This document shows positions 1 to 10,016 of a stretch of 64,000 nt of DNA, one piece after another. Below the pieces are notes generated by a model. It did no database searches and was not told the DNA's origin. It was given only the letters and a program-made list of their open reading frames with translations. The stretch is from Dehalococcoidia bacterium (lineage in GTDB: Bacteria; Chloroflexota; Dehalococcoidia; Bin125): positions 3,032,962 through 3,096,961 of the forward strand of contig OZ244071.1 in assembly GCA_965215555.1 (NCBI GenBank), given 5' to 3'. The translations under genes were made by a program, and so were the position numbers. Each line of letters opens with the position of its first letter. Position 1 is the first letter of the stretch.

Positions 1-38
1 CGAGAACCTCAAGGTCGACCGGCCTACTTTGGCGAGCT

Positions 39-698
39 CTATCCCAATAGTGCCGCCATCGACGCTTGCAGATCCGACAAGTCATCGAGGATCACATCTG
101 CGTCATCCAGCTCGCCCGGCTGCGCGTAGCCAGTCTTCACCGCCACGACTTTGGCGCCGATTGCGTGCCCTGCCTCGACATCGTGGCCCGTATCGCCGAT
201 CACTACTGCATCCGCGCCGTCGCTCGACAGTTGCCGCAACCGTTCCAGGCCGATGGCGAGCAGCTCTGTCCGATCGGCCGCGTCATCGCCAAAGCCGCCA
301 TCGACGAACCGGTCCCATATGCCGAGCGGCGCGAGTTTTGCCTCGGCGGCCCGACGAAAGTTGCCGGTCCCCAGACCCATCGTGACATCTTCATCGGCTA
401 ATGCGTCCAACAGTTCAATCACGCCGGGACATAGTTCTGAGTTGCGCTCGATTACCGCATCGCCCAGGTGTGGGACGTATGCGTCGACAAATCGTGCAAG
501 ATCGTCAGCCGAGCAGTCGCGACCGTTGTTGGCCAGCGCCGTTGGCACAATCCAACTGTCGCTGCGCCCGGCAAAATTCATGCCCGTCAGTGCCCGCTCA
601 ATGCCCCAGAGCTGCACGAACGTGCGAGTCATCGCCAGCGTCCCCGCACCCTGGGAGGTTGACAGCGTTCCATCGATATCGAACATCAGGATCGTCAT
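39..698 (-). CDS. HAD-family hydrolase (phosphoglycolate phosphatase-like)
   Basis: Motif I FDIDGTL, GTGN, and IGDT..D motif IV. Confidence 0.9.
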   Translation of the reverse strand: MTILMFDIDGTLSTSQGAGTLAMTRTFVQLWGIERALTGMNFAGRSDSWIVPTALANNGRDCSADDLARFVDAYVPHLGDAVIERNSELCPGVIELLDALADEDVTMGLGTGNFRRAAEAKLAPLGIWDRFVDGGFGDDAADRTELLAIGLERLRQLSSDGADAVVIGDTGHDVEAGHAIGAKVVAVKTGYAQPGELDDADVILDDLSDLQASMAALLG

Positions 699-700
699 GG

Positions 701-1081
701 TTACCTCGATTGCCTGGCTTCCAGCAGCGCTTCCGCGTCTCTCAAGTTGATTTCGTCAAGCAGGTCCCGGATTCTCAGGAGCCGCTCCTCGACTTCATCG
801 AATCGCTCCAGTATGTCGCGCAGTTCATCCCCAAGCGACGAGTCAAGACTGCGGATCGAGTCATTCGTTGGTTCAAGGGCCGATGCAATGGACTCTTCCA
901 AGTCGTCCAGAGCCTCTTCGACTCTGTGGTCGATTTCGTCGCCCGTTTGTTCGGAGGCGCGAGGAGCAACGACCGTGAGCAGGACAATCAGGCCGATGGT
1001 CAGAGCGATGACGCAGATTGAGGCAATCGCGAGCAGCGCCTGCAACCAAAGCGGGATGGCCTGGATGCGCGGCTGTTCCAT
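701..1081 (-). CDS. Hypothetical membrane-anchored coiled-coil protein
   Basis: N-terminal hydrophobic helix then heptad-rich acidic helix; co-directional with neighbours; ATG 1081 chosen (TTG 1096 possible). Confidence 0.7.
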   Translation of the reverse strand: MEQPRIQAIPLWLQALLAIASICVIALTIGLIVLLTVVAPRASEQTGDEIDHRVEEALDDLEESIASALEPTNDSIRSLDSSLGDELRDILERFDEVEERLLRIRDLLDEINLRDAEALLEARQSR

Positions 1082-1088
1082 GCCGTCC

Positions 1089-1655
1089 TTACTCAAACAG
1101 GGCGAAGTCGGTCCAACCGCCTGAGACTCGGAGTTGCAGACCGCTGGCGTCGATTGGAATGTCGTACACCGCGACCACAGTGATCGTGAGCTGTGGCTGC
1201 AGGATCAGCGGTGGCGAATAGGCCACGCCTTCAGTCACCCGCGCCGCCCCCGACGAGAGCGCCGCGTCGGCGAGATACGCGCGACCATCCGCTGTCACCA
1301 GTTGCAGTCCATCGATCGGCAGTGGAATCGCCTGCTTCGTCTGGTTCGTGATCGTCAGTCGGACAGCGGCAAAGCGCTCGGCCGGACTGCGCCAGATTCC
1401 ATCTGCCCGAATCTGCTCGGGGAACGCGATGCTCGAGATCGACACTTCAATCGCGCCGACACGCGCCGATTCGCCGAACTCCACCGCGTCAGGAATCAGC
1501 TCAGCCGTCTCGCTCAGTTCAGCCGCCGCCTGCTCGTCGTTGTCTGAGCCGCCGCCACCGACCAGGTCGTCGAATCCGCCCGAGACGAACAGGTAGATGA
1601 CCACCACCACGACCACGAGCAAGACAAACAGCGCATAACGCTGGGTCCCGCTCAT
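1089..1655 (-). CDS. DUF4352-like membrane-anchored Ig-fold protein
   Basis: N-terminal TM; FAAVRLTITN...LQLVTADGRAY...LQP...VYDIP pattern. Confidence 0.7.
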   Translation of the reverse strand: MSGTQRYALFVLLVVVVVVIYLFVSGGFDDLVGGGGSDNDEQAAAELSETAELIPDAVEFGESARVGAIEVSISSIAFPEQIRADGIWRSPAERFAAVRLTITNQTKQAIPLPIDGLQLVTADGRAYLADAALSSGAARVTEGVAYSPPLILQPQLTITVVAVYDIPIDASGLQLRVSGGWTDFALFE

Positions 1656-1717
1656 TCCACTTAGCATCGGTCGCGACCGCTCGTCGTCGTGTCGATGGCG
1701 CGCACGCTATTTGGTCA

Positions 1718-2053
1718 CTACTCGGTCGGCAGACCGGCGGCGATCCAGGCCTCGGTTCCGCCCTCAACGTTGTACAGGTCGGTGAAGCCCAGCGCCGCCG
1801 CGAACTCGCAGGCCACCGCCGAGCGCTGACCCTTGGCGCAGATGAACATGACCGGCTGGTCTTTCCCGCCGGCGATCTGCTCCAACTCCTCGGCGCGGGT
1901 CATAACCGACATATGCGGCATCAGCGGCGCGCCGGCCGCGTGACCGTCCTGGTACTCGTCGAGCTCGCGCGTATCGACCAGCGTCACCCCAGCCTGACGC
2001 TTCTCCTCCGCTTCCGTGACCGAAATTCGCTGAAACGGTTCCTGCTGCGCCAT
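1718..2053 (-). CDS. Single-domain rhodanese
   Basis: LVDTRE..EY..GH, CAKGQRS loop, VEGGTEAW; the longer ORF-track start runs through a REP element. Confidence 0.9.
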   Translation of the reverse strand: MAQQEPFQRISVTEAEEKRQAGVTLVDTRELDEYQDGHAAGAPLMPHMSVMTRAEELEQIAGGKDQPVMFICAKGQRSAVACEFAAALGFTDLYNVEGGTEAWIAAGLPTE

Positions 2054-2135
2054 CGTGGGACCTCTCGGCTCGGTTGTCTCATCAAGTAGACGCATCGTAT
2101 CACCGGATCGAGTGCGAAGCGTGTTCGTGCACGTT

Positions 2136-2227
2136 GTCGGGGCGACCCTTGTGGTCGCCGGCTCTGCGGTCAACATCTGTTCAGCCTCGCAGTTGCCAAC
2201 ACGGGCGACCACAAGGGTCGCCCCTAC
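2136..2227. repeat. REPIN: inverted pair of RAYT-type REPs
   Basis: GTCGGGGCGACCCTTGTGGTCGCC ... GGGCGACCACAAGGGTCGCCCCTAC; same unit at 25382, 25494, 52007-52098. Confidence 0.85.
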
Positions 2228-2344
2228 AGGAGATAACTCGTTCGAAGGGCGGGACAGGTGGAGATGCTGCGGGAATGGCGAGGCGCGATACCATCTTGCA
2301 AGGGGAATACGGCAACCAATCTGAGCCCGAGATGAGGTCCGAAC

Positions 2345-4327
2345 ATGACAACCGCCGACGCTGCGATGCCCGTCAATGAAACCTACTCACCGCCCGAGCG
2401 CGTGCGCGATGGCGCGCTGGTCACCTCTCGCGAGGGCTATGAAGCGCTCTGGCGACGCTCGCTCGACGAGCCGGACGCCTTTTGGACGGAGATGGCCAAC
2501 GAGCACCTAGACCTGATCGAGCCCTGGCACACGCTCAAGGAAGAGAACCTGGCCGAGGGCGAAATCGCCTGGTTCCTTGGCGCCAAGCTCAACGTCTCCG
2601 TCAACTGCCTCGACCGTCACCTCGCCGAGCGCGGCGACCAGACCGCCATCCTCTGGGAAGGCGACGAGCCCGGCGACAACGAGTCGCTGACCTACCGCGA
2701 ACTGCACGCCGAAACCTGCCGACTGGCCAACGAGCTGCGTAGCCGCGGCATCGGCAAGGGTGACCGCGTCGCGATCTACATGGGGATGACGCCTGAAGTG
2801 GTCGCGGCAATGCTCGCCTGCGCTCGAATCGGCGCGATTCACTCGGTGATCTTCGGCGGATTCTCCGCCTCCGCCATCGCCGACCGCGTGACCGACTCGC
2901 TCTGCAAGGCGATCATCACACAGGACGAAGGCAAGCGCGGCGGACGCACCGTGCCGCTCAAGGCCAACGTCGACGCGGCCATGGACCAGCTCGACGCCAA
3001 CGGCGTCGACTGCGTCGAGTTCGTGCTCACCCATCAGCACACTGGTGGCGACGTGACGATGAAGGACGGACGCGACATCTGGTGGCACGAGACCGTCGCC
3101 AACCAGTCGGACGAGTGCGAGCCCGAGGTGATGGACGCCGAGGATCCGCTCTTCATCCTCTACACGTCCGGATCGACCGGCAAGCCCAAAGGCGTCCTGC
3201 ACACGCAGGCCGGTTACCTGCTCTTCACGATGCTCAGTCATCGCTACACCTTCGACTACCGCGACGGCGACATCTACTGCTGCGCCGCCGATGTCGGTTG
3301 GATTACGGGACACAGTTACATCGTCTACGGACCGCTGGGCAACGGCGCGACCTCGGTGATGTTCGAGTCGATCCCGACCTATCCCGACGCGGGACGTTAC
3401 TGGGACATGATCGATCGCCTGGGCATCAACATTCTTTACACGGCGCCAACCGCGATCCGAGCGCTGATGCGCGAGGGCGATGAGTGGGTCAAGGTCCACG
3501 AGCGCACCAGCCTGCGAGTGCTCGGAACGGTCGGCGAGCCGATCAACCCCGAGGCCTGGCGCTGGTACTTCGACGTCGTCGGAGACGGCCGCTGCTCCAT
3601 CGTCGATACCTACTGGCAGACCGAGACCGGCGGGCACGTGCTCACCGGGCTCGCCGGCGCCAACGACATGAAGCCGGGCTCGGCCTCGCTGCCCTTCTTC
3701 GGCATCGAGCCGGTGCTCGTCGACCCGGAGGGCAACGAACTCGATGGCAACCCGCAGAGCGGTCTGCTCTGCCTGGCGCGAAGCTGGCCGGGCATGATGC
3801 GCACCGTCTACGGCGACCACGAGCGCTTCATCAACACCTACTTCATCCAGTATCCGGGCAAGTACTTCACCGGCGACGGCTCGTTCCGAGACCACGACGG
3901 CTACTACTGGCTGACTGGTCGGGTGGACGACGTACTCAACGTCTCAGGCCACCGTCTGGGCACGGCCGAGATCGAGGGTGCCCTGGTCGGTCACGCCGGA
4001 TGCGCCGAAGCCGCCGTCGTCGGCTATCCGCACGAGATCAAAGGAGAAGGCATCTACGCCTACGTCCTGCTCAAAGACGGCTTCGACCCCGGCCCCGACC
4101 TCGCCGTCGAACTCAAGAGGCAGGTGAGAGCCGAAATCAGCCCCATCGCCACCCCCGACAAGATTCAGTTCGTCGGAGGCCTGCCCAAGACCCGCTCCGG
4201 CAAAATCATGAGGAGAATCCTCAGGAAAGTCGCCGAGGGCGAGCCCGAAAACGTCGGAGACGTCACCACCCTGGCCGAGCCGCACGTGGTCGAGGAGATC
4301 ATCGAGGGCGCATCGGCAGCGCACTGA
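2345..4327 (+). CDS. acs: Acetyl-CoA synthetase (AMP-forming)
   Basis: [45 protein letters not shown]. Confidence 0.97.
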   Translation: MTTADAAMPVNETYSPPERVRDGALVTSREGYEALWRRSLDEPDAFWTEMANEHLDLIEPWHTLKEENLAEGEIAWFLGAKLNVSVNCLDRHLAERGDQTAILWEGDEPGDNESLTYRELHAETCRLANELRSRGIGKGDRVAIYMGMTPEVVAAMLACARIGAIHSVIFGGFSASAIADRVTDSLCKAIITQDEGKRGGRTVPLKANVDAAMDQLDANGVDCVEFVLTHQHTGGDVTMKDGRDIWWHETVANQSDECEPEVMDAEDPLFILYTSGSTGKPKGVLHTQAGYLLFTMLSHRYTFDYRDGDIYCCAADVGWITGHSYIVYGPLGNGATSVMFESIPTYPDAGRYWDMIDRLGINILYTAPTAIRALMREGDEWVKVHERTSLRVLGTVGEPINPEAWRWYFDVVGDGRCSIVDTYWQTETGGHVLTGLAGANDMKPGSASLPFFGIEPVLVDPEGNELDGNPQSGLLCLARSWPGMMRTVYGDHERFINTYFIQYPGKYFTGDGSFRDHDGYYWLTGRVDDVLNVSGHRLGTAEIEGALVGHAGCAEAAVVGYPHEIKGEGIYAYVLLKDGFDPGPDLAVELKRQVRAEISPIATPDKIQFVGGLPKTRSGKIMRRILRKVAEGEPENVGDVTTLAEPHVVEEIIEGASAAH

Positions 4328-4330
4328 TCT

Positions 4331-4410
4331 GAGTGTGTCTCAAGAGTGCCATTGGGTGGTTGAATCCCACTCCCCGCCTCGCGCGGGGACCCGCTCGGGC
4401 GGCACGGAAT
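4331..4410. repeat. Partial copy of the GAGACTGTCTC-end MITE family
   Basis: Closely matches 34421-34500 (GGTTGAATCCCA.TCCCCGCCTCGCGCGGGGACCCGCTCGGGCGG). Confidence 0.8.
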
Positions 4411-4478
4411 CGTTGGTGATCGAGGTCGTGCCTCGTTGAGCATGCTGATCGCGCACAATCGGGAAGGACCGAGAGGCC

Positions 4479-4829
4479 ATGCACCTCCGAGTATTGGGTA
4501 TCGTCGCGATTGTGGGGTTGGCGCTCGTCGTGGTTGCTTGTGGCGACAACACGCCCGACTGGGATGCACCCGATGCAGTACTCAATGACACCGACCTCGA
4601 ATGGGCCAAGTGTGTCAGCCGTCTCATGGACGGAATCGAGTCCGATGGCAGCCCCGACGCCGGTCAATGGCTGATCGCGGCGGGCAACCACTGCACCGAG
4701 TGCATCCTCAATCACCCCGACTCGGGCTGCAATGTGCATCGCATCGTCGAGCGCAACAACCCGCTAGATCCCGAGGACGACCTCAGCGACAACCCAAAGC
4801 CAACCGAGCAATCGGAGGATTCGGACTAA
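4479..4829 (+). CDS. Hypothetical lipoprotein
   Basis: GAGAGG RBS, signal peptide with lipobox VVACG, Cys-rich body. Confidence 0.65.
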   Translation: MHLRVLGIVAIVGLALVVVACGDNTPDWDAPDAVLNDTDLEWAKCVSRLMDGIESDGSPDAGQWLIAAGNHCTECILNHPDSGCNVHRIVERNNPLDPEDDLSDNPKPTEQSEDSD

Positions 4830-4871
4830 CCAGTTATGTCGCTGACCGTCCAACGCGGTATCTCCAAACGG

Positions 4872-5556
4872 TTATTCCCCTGTCAAACGGTCCATTTTGC
4901 ATTCGGGATACGTCCAGATCCGTTGACGAGTTCCGTCTTGGAAGAGTTGTTCGACGCCAGGCCCTCGTATGAAATCTCCTCCGCATTCCACAACACTCCG
5001 CTTGTAGGACGTCGAGCACACATAAGTGTGCGCAATGAAGGACCGGAGCGATGGTAGGTCTGAGGTCTCCACGATGCGATTTTAGATAGCTCGAGCGAGG
5101 ACCTGCTCACATCGATGATCTAGGGCGTGTTCACATGGGGTGGTTCAGTCCAAGAGGTTCCGTCATACCCGCGCTCCGCCTCGGAGCCTGCCCTCGGCTT
5201 GAACGGGGGTATCTCGCTGCATTGAGCGCCACTGTCTGTGCAACACTCGGCGAGATTGCCGCGGCAAGCGCGGCAATGACGGAATTCTGACTAAGCAGAT
5301 GGCTAAAGTGAACAGACCCTAGTTCAGCCAACTGAATCTCGACGTGATAGTGGCCTTCGGCATCCGCTTCATGCACCTTGTAGAGGTCGGCTTCTACTGC
5401 GATGTTTCCTGTTGACACCCGTCGAAGCAAACGACCGGACCTTCTGTCGAAGGCTGTTACCTGCCATGAGCCGGACGGCTTGTCAGGAGCCACGGCAAAA
5501 CGCTTCAGATAGAAATTTGGAACGCTGTGGTGCCGACGCGGCTGCGAATTAGACAT
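4872..5556 (-). pseudogene. DUF4238-like gene disrupted by a MITE and a further stop
   Basis: N-terminal HHSVPNFYLKRF; after removing 5123-5319 the frame reads ELDHRCEQVLARAI*NRIVETSDLPSLRSFIAH. Confidence 0.75.
5123..5319. mobile_element. MITE with IS5-like ends inserted at a CTAG site
   Basis: Ends GGGCGTGTTCAC / GTGAACAGACCC, flanked by (C)TA(G); internal GTCATACCCGCG...GCGGCAATGAC palindromes; inverted copy at ~46525-46713. Confidence 0.8.
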
Positions 5557-5616
5557 AAGGCGAATGTATCTTGCCACCGAGGAAGTCGGGTGCGGAGCCG
5601 ACGCGTCGGCTCCTTC

Positions 5617-5835
5617 TCACAGCAGTCGTGGCGACCTCTTGCGGCCGGGGCGCGGGTCGTAGTTTGACTTGAACATCAGCAGCTGATCTCGTTCGATCAG
5701 GTACTTGCCTCCGTAGAGCCTCGCCGGGACGCGCTGCTGCTTGATCAGACGGCGCATCGACTGCGGGTGGATGTTCAGCTCCCTCGCCGCCTCGACGATG
5801 TCCAACCAGCCATCGAATGGATCGCCTTCGGCCAT
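5617..5835 (-). CDS. Excisionase-like (HTH_17) DNA-binding protein
   Basis: WLDIVEAARELNIHPQSMRRLIKQQRVPARLYGGKYLI; GAGGAGG RBS. Confidence 0.85.
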   Translation of the reverse strand: MAEGDPFDGWLDIVEAARELNIHPQSMRRLIKQQRVPARLYGGKYLIERDQLLMFKSNYDPRPGRKRSPRLL

Positions 5836-5972
5836 GAATCGCCTCCTCAGCAGCTCCCAGCAGCCATTGGTTGTCGCACAACTGCGAAACTGAGTATACA
5901 GAATATCCTCTGTGCAGGTTGCCAGCGGACGGCGTGTAAACTGCCAACGTCGATTCGCCATATCCGCCGGAG

Positions 5973-6677
5973 ATGCCCATGACCGCCGATGTCATTGCCG
6001 CCGCGCGCGCCGAGCAGCGCACGCTCCTGTCCGAAGTCGAAGCCAAACAACTGCTCGCCGAGGCCGGCGTCAACGTCACCGAGACGCGCCTCGCCACCTC
6101 CATCGACGAAGCCGCCGCCCACGCGGCCGAACTCGGCTATCCCGTCGCGCTCAAGGTCGTCTCCGACTCGATCACACACAAGACCGATGTCGGCGGTGTC
6201 GAGTTGGGCGTCGCCGACGAGGCAGCGCTACGCGACGCCTGTCAGCGCATCCACGAGCGCGTCACCGCCGCCGCGCCCAACGCCGACGTGCAGGGCGTCT
6301 CCGTCCAGCCTATGGCCGAGGTCGGCGCTGAAGTCATCCTCGGCATCACCCAGGACCAGCAGTTCGGGCCGGTGCTGATGTTCGGCCTCGGCGGCGTGTT
6401 CGTCGAGGTGCTCAAGGATGTCGCCTTCCGCATCGTCCCGCTGGAACCGCGCGACGCCTCCGAAATGGTCCGCGAGATCCAGGGCTTCCCGGTGCTGGAA
6501 GGGTTCCGCGGCACGCCGGCAGCCAACCTCGATGCGATCGAGTCGATGTTGCTGCAACTCTCCGAGTTCGCCGAAGCGAACCCCGAGATCGCCGAGCTAG
6601 ACCTCAACCCCGTCTTCGCCCGACCCGACGGCGCGGTCGCGGTCGATGCAAGGATTCTGCTGACATCGGAGTCTTAG
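5973..6677 (+). CDS. Acyl-CoA ligase (ADP-forming) beta subunit, ATP-grasp
   Basis: LGYPVALKV..HKTDVGGV, FGPVLMFGLGG, ELDLNP. Confidence 0.92.
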   Translation: MPMTADVIAAARAEQRTLLSEVEAKQLLAEAGVNVTETRLATSIDEAAAHAAELGYPVALKVVSDSITHKTDVGGVELGVADEAALRDACQRIHERVTAAAPNADVQGVSVQPMAEVGAEVILGITQDQQFGPVLMFGLGGVFVEVLKDVAFRIVPLEPRDASEMVREIQGFPVLEGFRGTPAANLDAIESMLLQLSEFAEANPEIAELDLNPVFARPDGAVAVDARILLTSES

Positions 6678-6764
6678 CAACAGTTCGCTCCCCTCGCAGG
6701 GGGAGCAAAGCAGTCGATTGGCAACTCCCCTGCGAGGGGGAGCGAGGAATCTAGGAGAACTCCG

Positions 6765-8177
6765 ATGGCCGTAACACGTGAACGCCTGACTCGCGCGCTT
6801 GCACCCAAAGTGGTCGCCGTCATTGGCGACAAGAAGGCCAGCGGCTACAACTGGCTGCGCTCGCTCAAGCCGTTCGTTGGACCGCTGTACAGCGTCCAGG
6901 TCGACGAGAACGAGATTCCCGGCATTGAAGAGCTGGGCATTCCCAACTACAAGTCGCTGACTGACATTCCCGAGAAGGTCGACTTCGCTGTCTGCGCCGT
7001 GCCCCGACAGGTGGCGCCCTTCATTGTCCAGGGCTGCGTCGACGCCGATGTTGGCGGAGTCACGTTGTTCACGTCGGGATTTGCCGAGACCGGCGAGGAC
7101 ATCGGCGTCGAGTTGCAGCAGAAGGTCTTCGACATCGCCGACCCGGCTGGACTCGCACTGATCGGTCCCAACTGCATGGGCCTGCACGTGCCCGGACTTG
7201 GCGTGCGATTCAATCGCGACCAGCCGGAGGGCGTCCAGGGCAACATCGGTTTCGTCTCGCAGTCTGGTACCCACGGGATGAACTTCTCGCTCACCGGCGC
7301 CGCGCACGGAATCTACTGTTCGACCCTGGTCAGCTTCGGCAACGGGATCATCCTCGAGGCTGCCGACTATCTCGAATACATGGCCGATGACCCGCAAACC
7401 GAAGTGATCGGCATGTACATCGAGGGCGCGCGCGACGGTCGCCGCCTGTTTAAGACCCTGCGCGAAGTTGCCGCGAAGAAGCCTGTGATCATCTGGAAGG
7501 GCGGGCAGACCGAGGGCGGCGGACGCGCGATTCGCTCGCACACCGCCTCGCTCGCCAGCGACCAGGCGATCTGGGAATCGATGATCAGGCAGGTCGGCGC
7601 GGTCGCGGTACATAACCTCGACGAGATGATCGACGTGGTGAAGGCCACCTTGCTGACCAAGCGCACCCAAGGCAACCGCCTGGGCCTGGTCGCCATGACT
7701 GGCGGACAGTCGGTCGTCCTCACCGACGCCTTCGAGAAAGAGGGCTGGAAAGTCCCGACGCTGTCCGACGACAGCTACGCACAACTTTCGGAGTTCTTCA
7801 ACATCATCGGCGGCAGCTATCGCAATCCGCTCGACGCCGCTGGCACGATCGGCCAGGATCCGAAGCATCTCGACACGATTTTCGACATCCTCAACGAGGA
7901 CGAGAACATCGACGCGGTTGGCATGGAGCTCTCGGCCACCTTCATGGCTCGCCGCTGGCAGGACAAACCGGAAGAGTTCGACCGCCTGATCACCTCACTG
8001 AAGAAGTTCATGTCAGAGTCGGACAAGCCGTTCCTCGCCGCATTGCACCCGAGTCATCAAGAAGAGGCCGCCCGCACCGCCCGCCTCAGGCTGCAAGAAG
8101 AGGGAATCCCCACCTTCCCCAGCTTCGAGAGAGCGGCAAACGCGTTGCGGAAGGCGTCAGGGCTGCGAGCCGTGTGA
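6765..8177 (+). CDS. Acyl-CoA ligase (ADP-forming) alpha subunit, CoA-binding
   Basis: GPNCMG, SQSG, SHTAS phospho-His motif, NPLD. Confidence 0.9.
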   Translation: MAVTRERLTRALAPKVVAVIGDKKASGYNWLRSLKPFVGPLYSVQVDENEIPGIEELGIPNYKSLTDIPEKVDFAVCAVPRQVAPFIVQGCVDADVGGVTLFTSGFAETGEDIGVELQQKVFDIADPAGLALIGPNCMGLHVPGLGVRFNRDQPEGVQGNIGFVSQSGTHGMNFSLTGAAHGIYCSTLVSFGNGIILEAADYLEYMADDPQTEVIGMYIEGARDGRRLFKTLREVAAKKPVIIWKGGQTEGGGRAIRSHTASLASDQAIWESMIRQVGAVAVHNLDEMIDVVKATLLTKRTQGNRLGLVAMTGGQSVVLTDAFEKEGWKVPTLSDDSYAQLSEFFNIIGGSYRNPLDAAGTIGQDPKHLDTIFDILNEDENIDAVGMELSATFMARRWQDKPEEFDRLITSLKKFMSESDKPFLAALHPSHQEEAARTARLRLQEEGIPTFPSFERAANALRKASGLRAV

Positions 8178-8282
8178 CTGCGACGAGGCACAACATGCCG
8201 CTGACCGGCATCATGCGATCGGTATTGCCATAAGGTGCTGTAGAGTGAACCAGAGTGGTAAGGGGACTCGGGTACAGTCATC

Positions 8283-9371
8283 ATGATCCGCACGTTCACG
8301 ATCCGCAACTTTCGCACCTTTGACACACTATGTTTCAAAGACTTGCAGCGTGTCAACCTCATTGCCGGCGACAACAACACTGGTAAAACGGCCCTATTGG
8401 AGGCGCTCTGGCAGTTTAGCGGTCCAGACAAACCAGAACTCGGTCCTCGCCTGAACGGTTTCAGGGGTATCGACTATCTCGATCGAGACGAGCTGTTATT
8501 CGATCTGTTCCACGATTTTGATACGTCAAATTCAGTTGAATTGAAGGCCGACGGCGATTGGGGCCCACATTCTCGGATCTTGGCGATTGACGCAGTTCCT
8601 CGGGAAGCTGTTCGCCTCACGCTCGGCGATCAGGCAGCAGGGGGAGACTCAGGCCTCCCGGTCCCGGGTGCAGAGTCCCGCCACGAAATCGTTCTGAGGT
8701 ACACAGACGCGGAGAGCGACTCAGTGGCAAGCGGTTGGTTTGCTAATCGAGCCATTGCACCTGGCCTTACTCAACCCAACTTTGAGGTGAATCGACCTCA
8801 CCTCCTAAGCTCAATCAGTTGTCACCTCTTTACCGCACGCCAACGTACTGCGCCCCAAGAGGTAGCGGAGCAGTTTGGCCGATTACAGCTAAGGGGACTA
8901 GACGAAACTATAGTAGAAGCTATGCGTGAATTTGAGCCGAGGCTCAAACGGTTTGTTACAGTATCCATCAACAACTTGCCTACATTGCATGCAGACGTGG
9001 GATTGGGAAGGCCCATTCCAATAGGGTTGTTGGGAGATGGGATACAGCGAGTGCTTACAATTGCGATAGCCCTATGCAATTCCACCGGCGGAATGCTATT
9101 GCTCGACGAAGTTGAGAATGGAATCCATCATTCGAAGCTGTCATTGCTTTGGGAGGCAATTGCACAGTTTGCGAGCGACTTTGATGTTCAGGTCTTTGCG
9201 ACCACTCATAGCAGTGAGTGCGTAAGTGCCGCTCACCAAACCTTTGTCGACCTACCGGGCTACGAATTCGGTTACTTCAGGCTTGATCGAGTGCATGACT
9301 CGATCGTTGTGAAGTCCCTTGACGAGGTGATGCTCGATACCGCTATTGAGCATCACCTCGAGGTTCGTTGA
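8283..9371 (+). CDS. AAA_15/AAA_21-type ABC ATPase
   Basis: IRNFRTF, Walker A GDNNTGKT, LGDG, Walker B LLLDEVENGIH, ATTHS; visibly AT-richer. Confidence 0.9.
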   Translation: MIRTFTIRNFRTFDTLCFKDLQRVNLIAGDNNTGKTALLEALWQFSGPDKPELGPRLNGFRGIDYLDRDELLFDLFHDFDTSNSVELKADGDWGPHSRILAIDAVPREAVRLTLGDQAAGGDSGLPVPGAESRHEIVLRYTDAESDSVASGWFANRAIAPGLTQPNFEVNRPHLLSSISCHLFTARQRTAPQEVAEQFGRLQLRGLDETIVEAMREFEPRLKRFVTVSINNLPTLHADVGLGRPIPIGLLGDGIQRVLTIAIALCNSTGGMLLLDEVENGIHHSKLSLLWEAIAQFASDFDVQVFATTHSSECVSAAHQTFVDLPGYEFGYFRLDRVHDSIVVKSLDEVMLDTAIEHHLEVR

Positions 9372-9979
9372 TGCCCGGAACAGGAAACGTTACGATCAGG
9401 CAACCGAAGCTCTTGTTGGTTGAGGGGCGGGACGAAGAGGAGTTCTTCCGCCATTTGCTCAAATTTGAAACCATCGATGACATTCAAATCATCGGATATG
9501 GTGGCAAGGGCAATATCGGAGGCTTCTTGAAGACCCTGCCTGCCTTGTCAAACTTTGAAGATGTCGAACGACTTGCTGTCACTCGCGATGCTGACGATAA
9601 CGCAGCGAGTGCAAATGAGAGTATGGCCACCGCGTTAAGGAACGCCTTACTTCCCCTGCCAGACCAGAGCGGAACGAAACCGCAAGTACTCACTGTGGCA
9701 ATTCCTCCCGACAAGGATACGGGTTGTCTGGAGTCAATGATTTGGGAAGCAATCGCCGACGAGAATGGACTCCTTGCGGATTGCATTGATGAGTTTGTTG
9801 AATGTGCGGAGATTCCGAGGTCTGGTATGCGCCTCGAAAAGGCACGTTTACATGCCTTTGTCGCAACCCAGAAAGCGCCTGGACTGAAACTTGGCGAAGC
9901 CACGAGAGCCGGCTTTTGGCCGGTTGAGCATCGAGCATTCGATCCGATGAGAGCATTGTTGCGTCAGCTCTCGGAGTAG
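9368..9979 (+). CDS. DUF3226-like TOPRIM-fold protein
   Basis: LLVEGRDE, RDAD, GCLE, KA motifs; overlaps the ATPase stop. Confidence 0.8.
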   Translation: MMPGTGNVTIRQPKLLLVEGRDEEEFFRHLLKFETIDDIQIIGYGGKGNIGGFLKTLPALSNFEDVERLAVTRDADDNAASANESMATALRNALLPLPDQSGTKPQVLTVAIPPDKDTGCLESMIWEAIADENGLLADCIDEFVECAEIPRSGMRLEKARLHAFVATQKAPGLKLGEATRAGFWPVEHRAFDPMRALLRQLSE

Positions 9980-10016
9980 GTGACGGAGCAGTCTGCTCCG
10001 CTATCCTCACGAGACT

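Noticed and set aside
2507-7868. Long antisense ORFs (e.g. 2507-3895, 6597-7868; also 46887-48077)
   Set aside because: Shadows of high-GC coding genes on the opposite strand, with no recognisable motifs.
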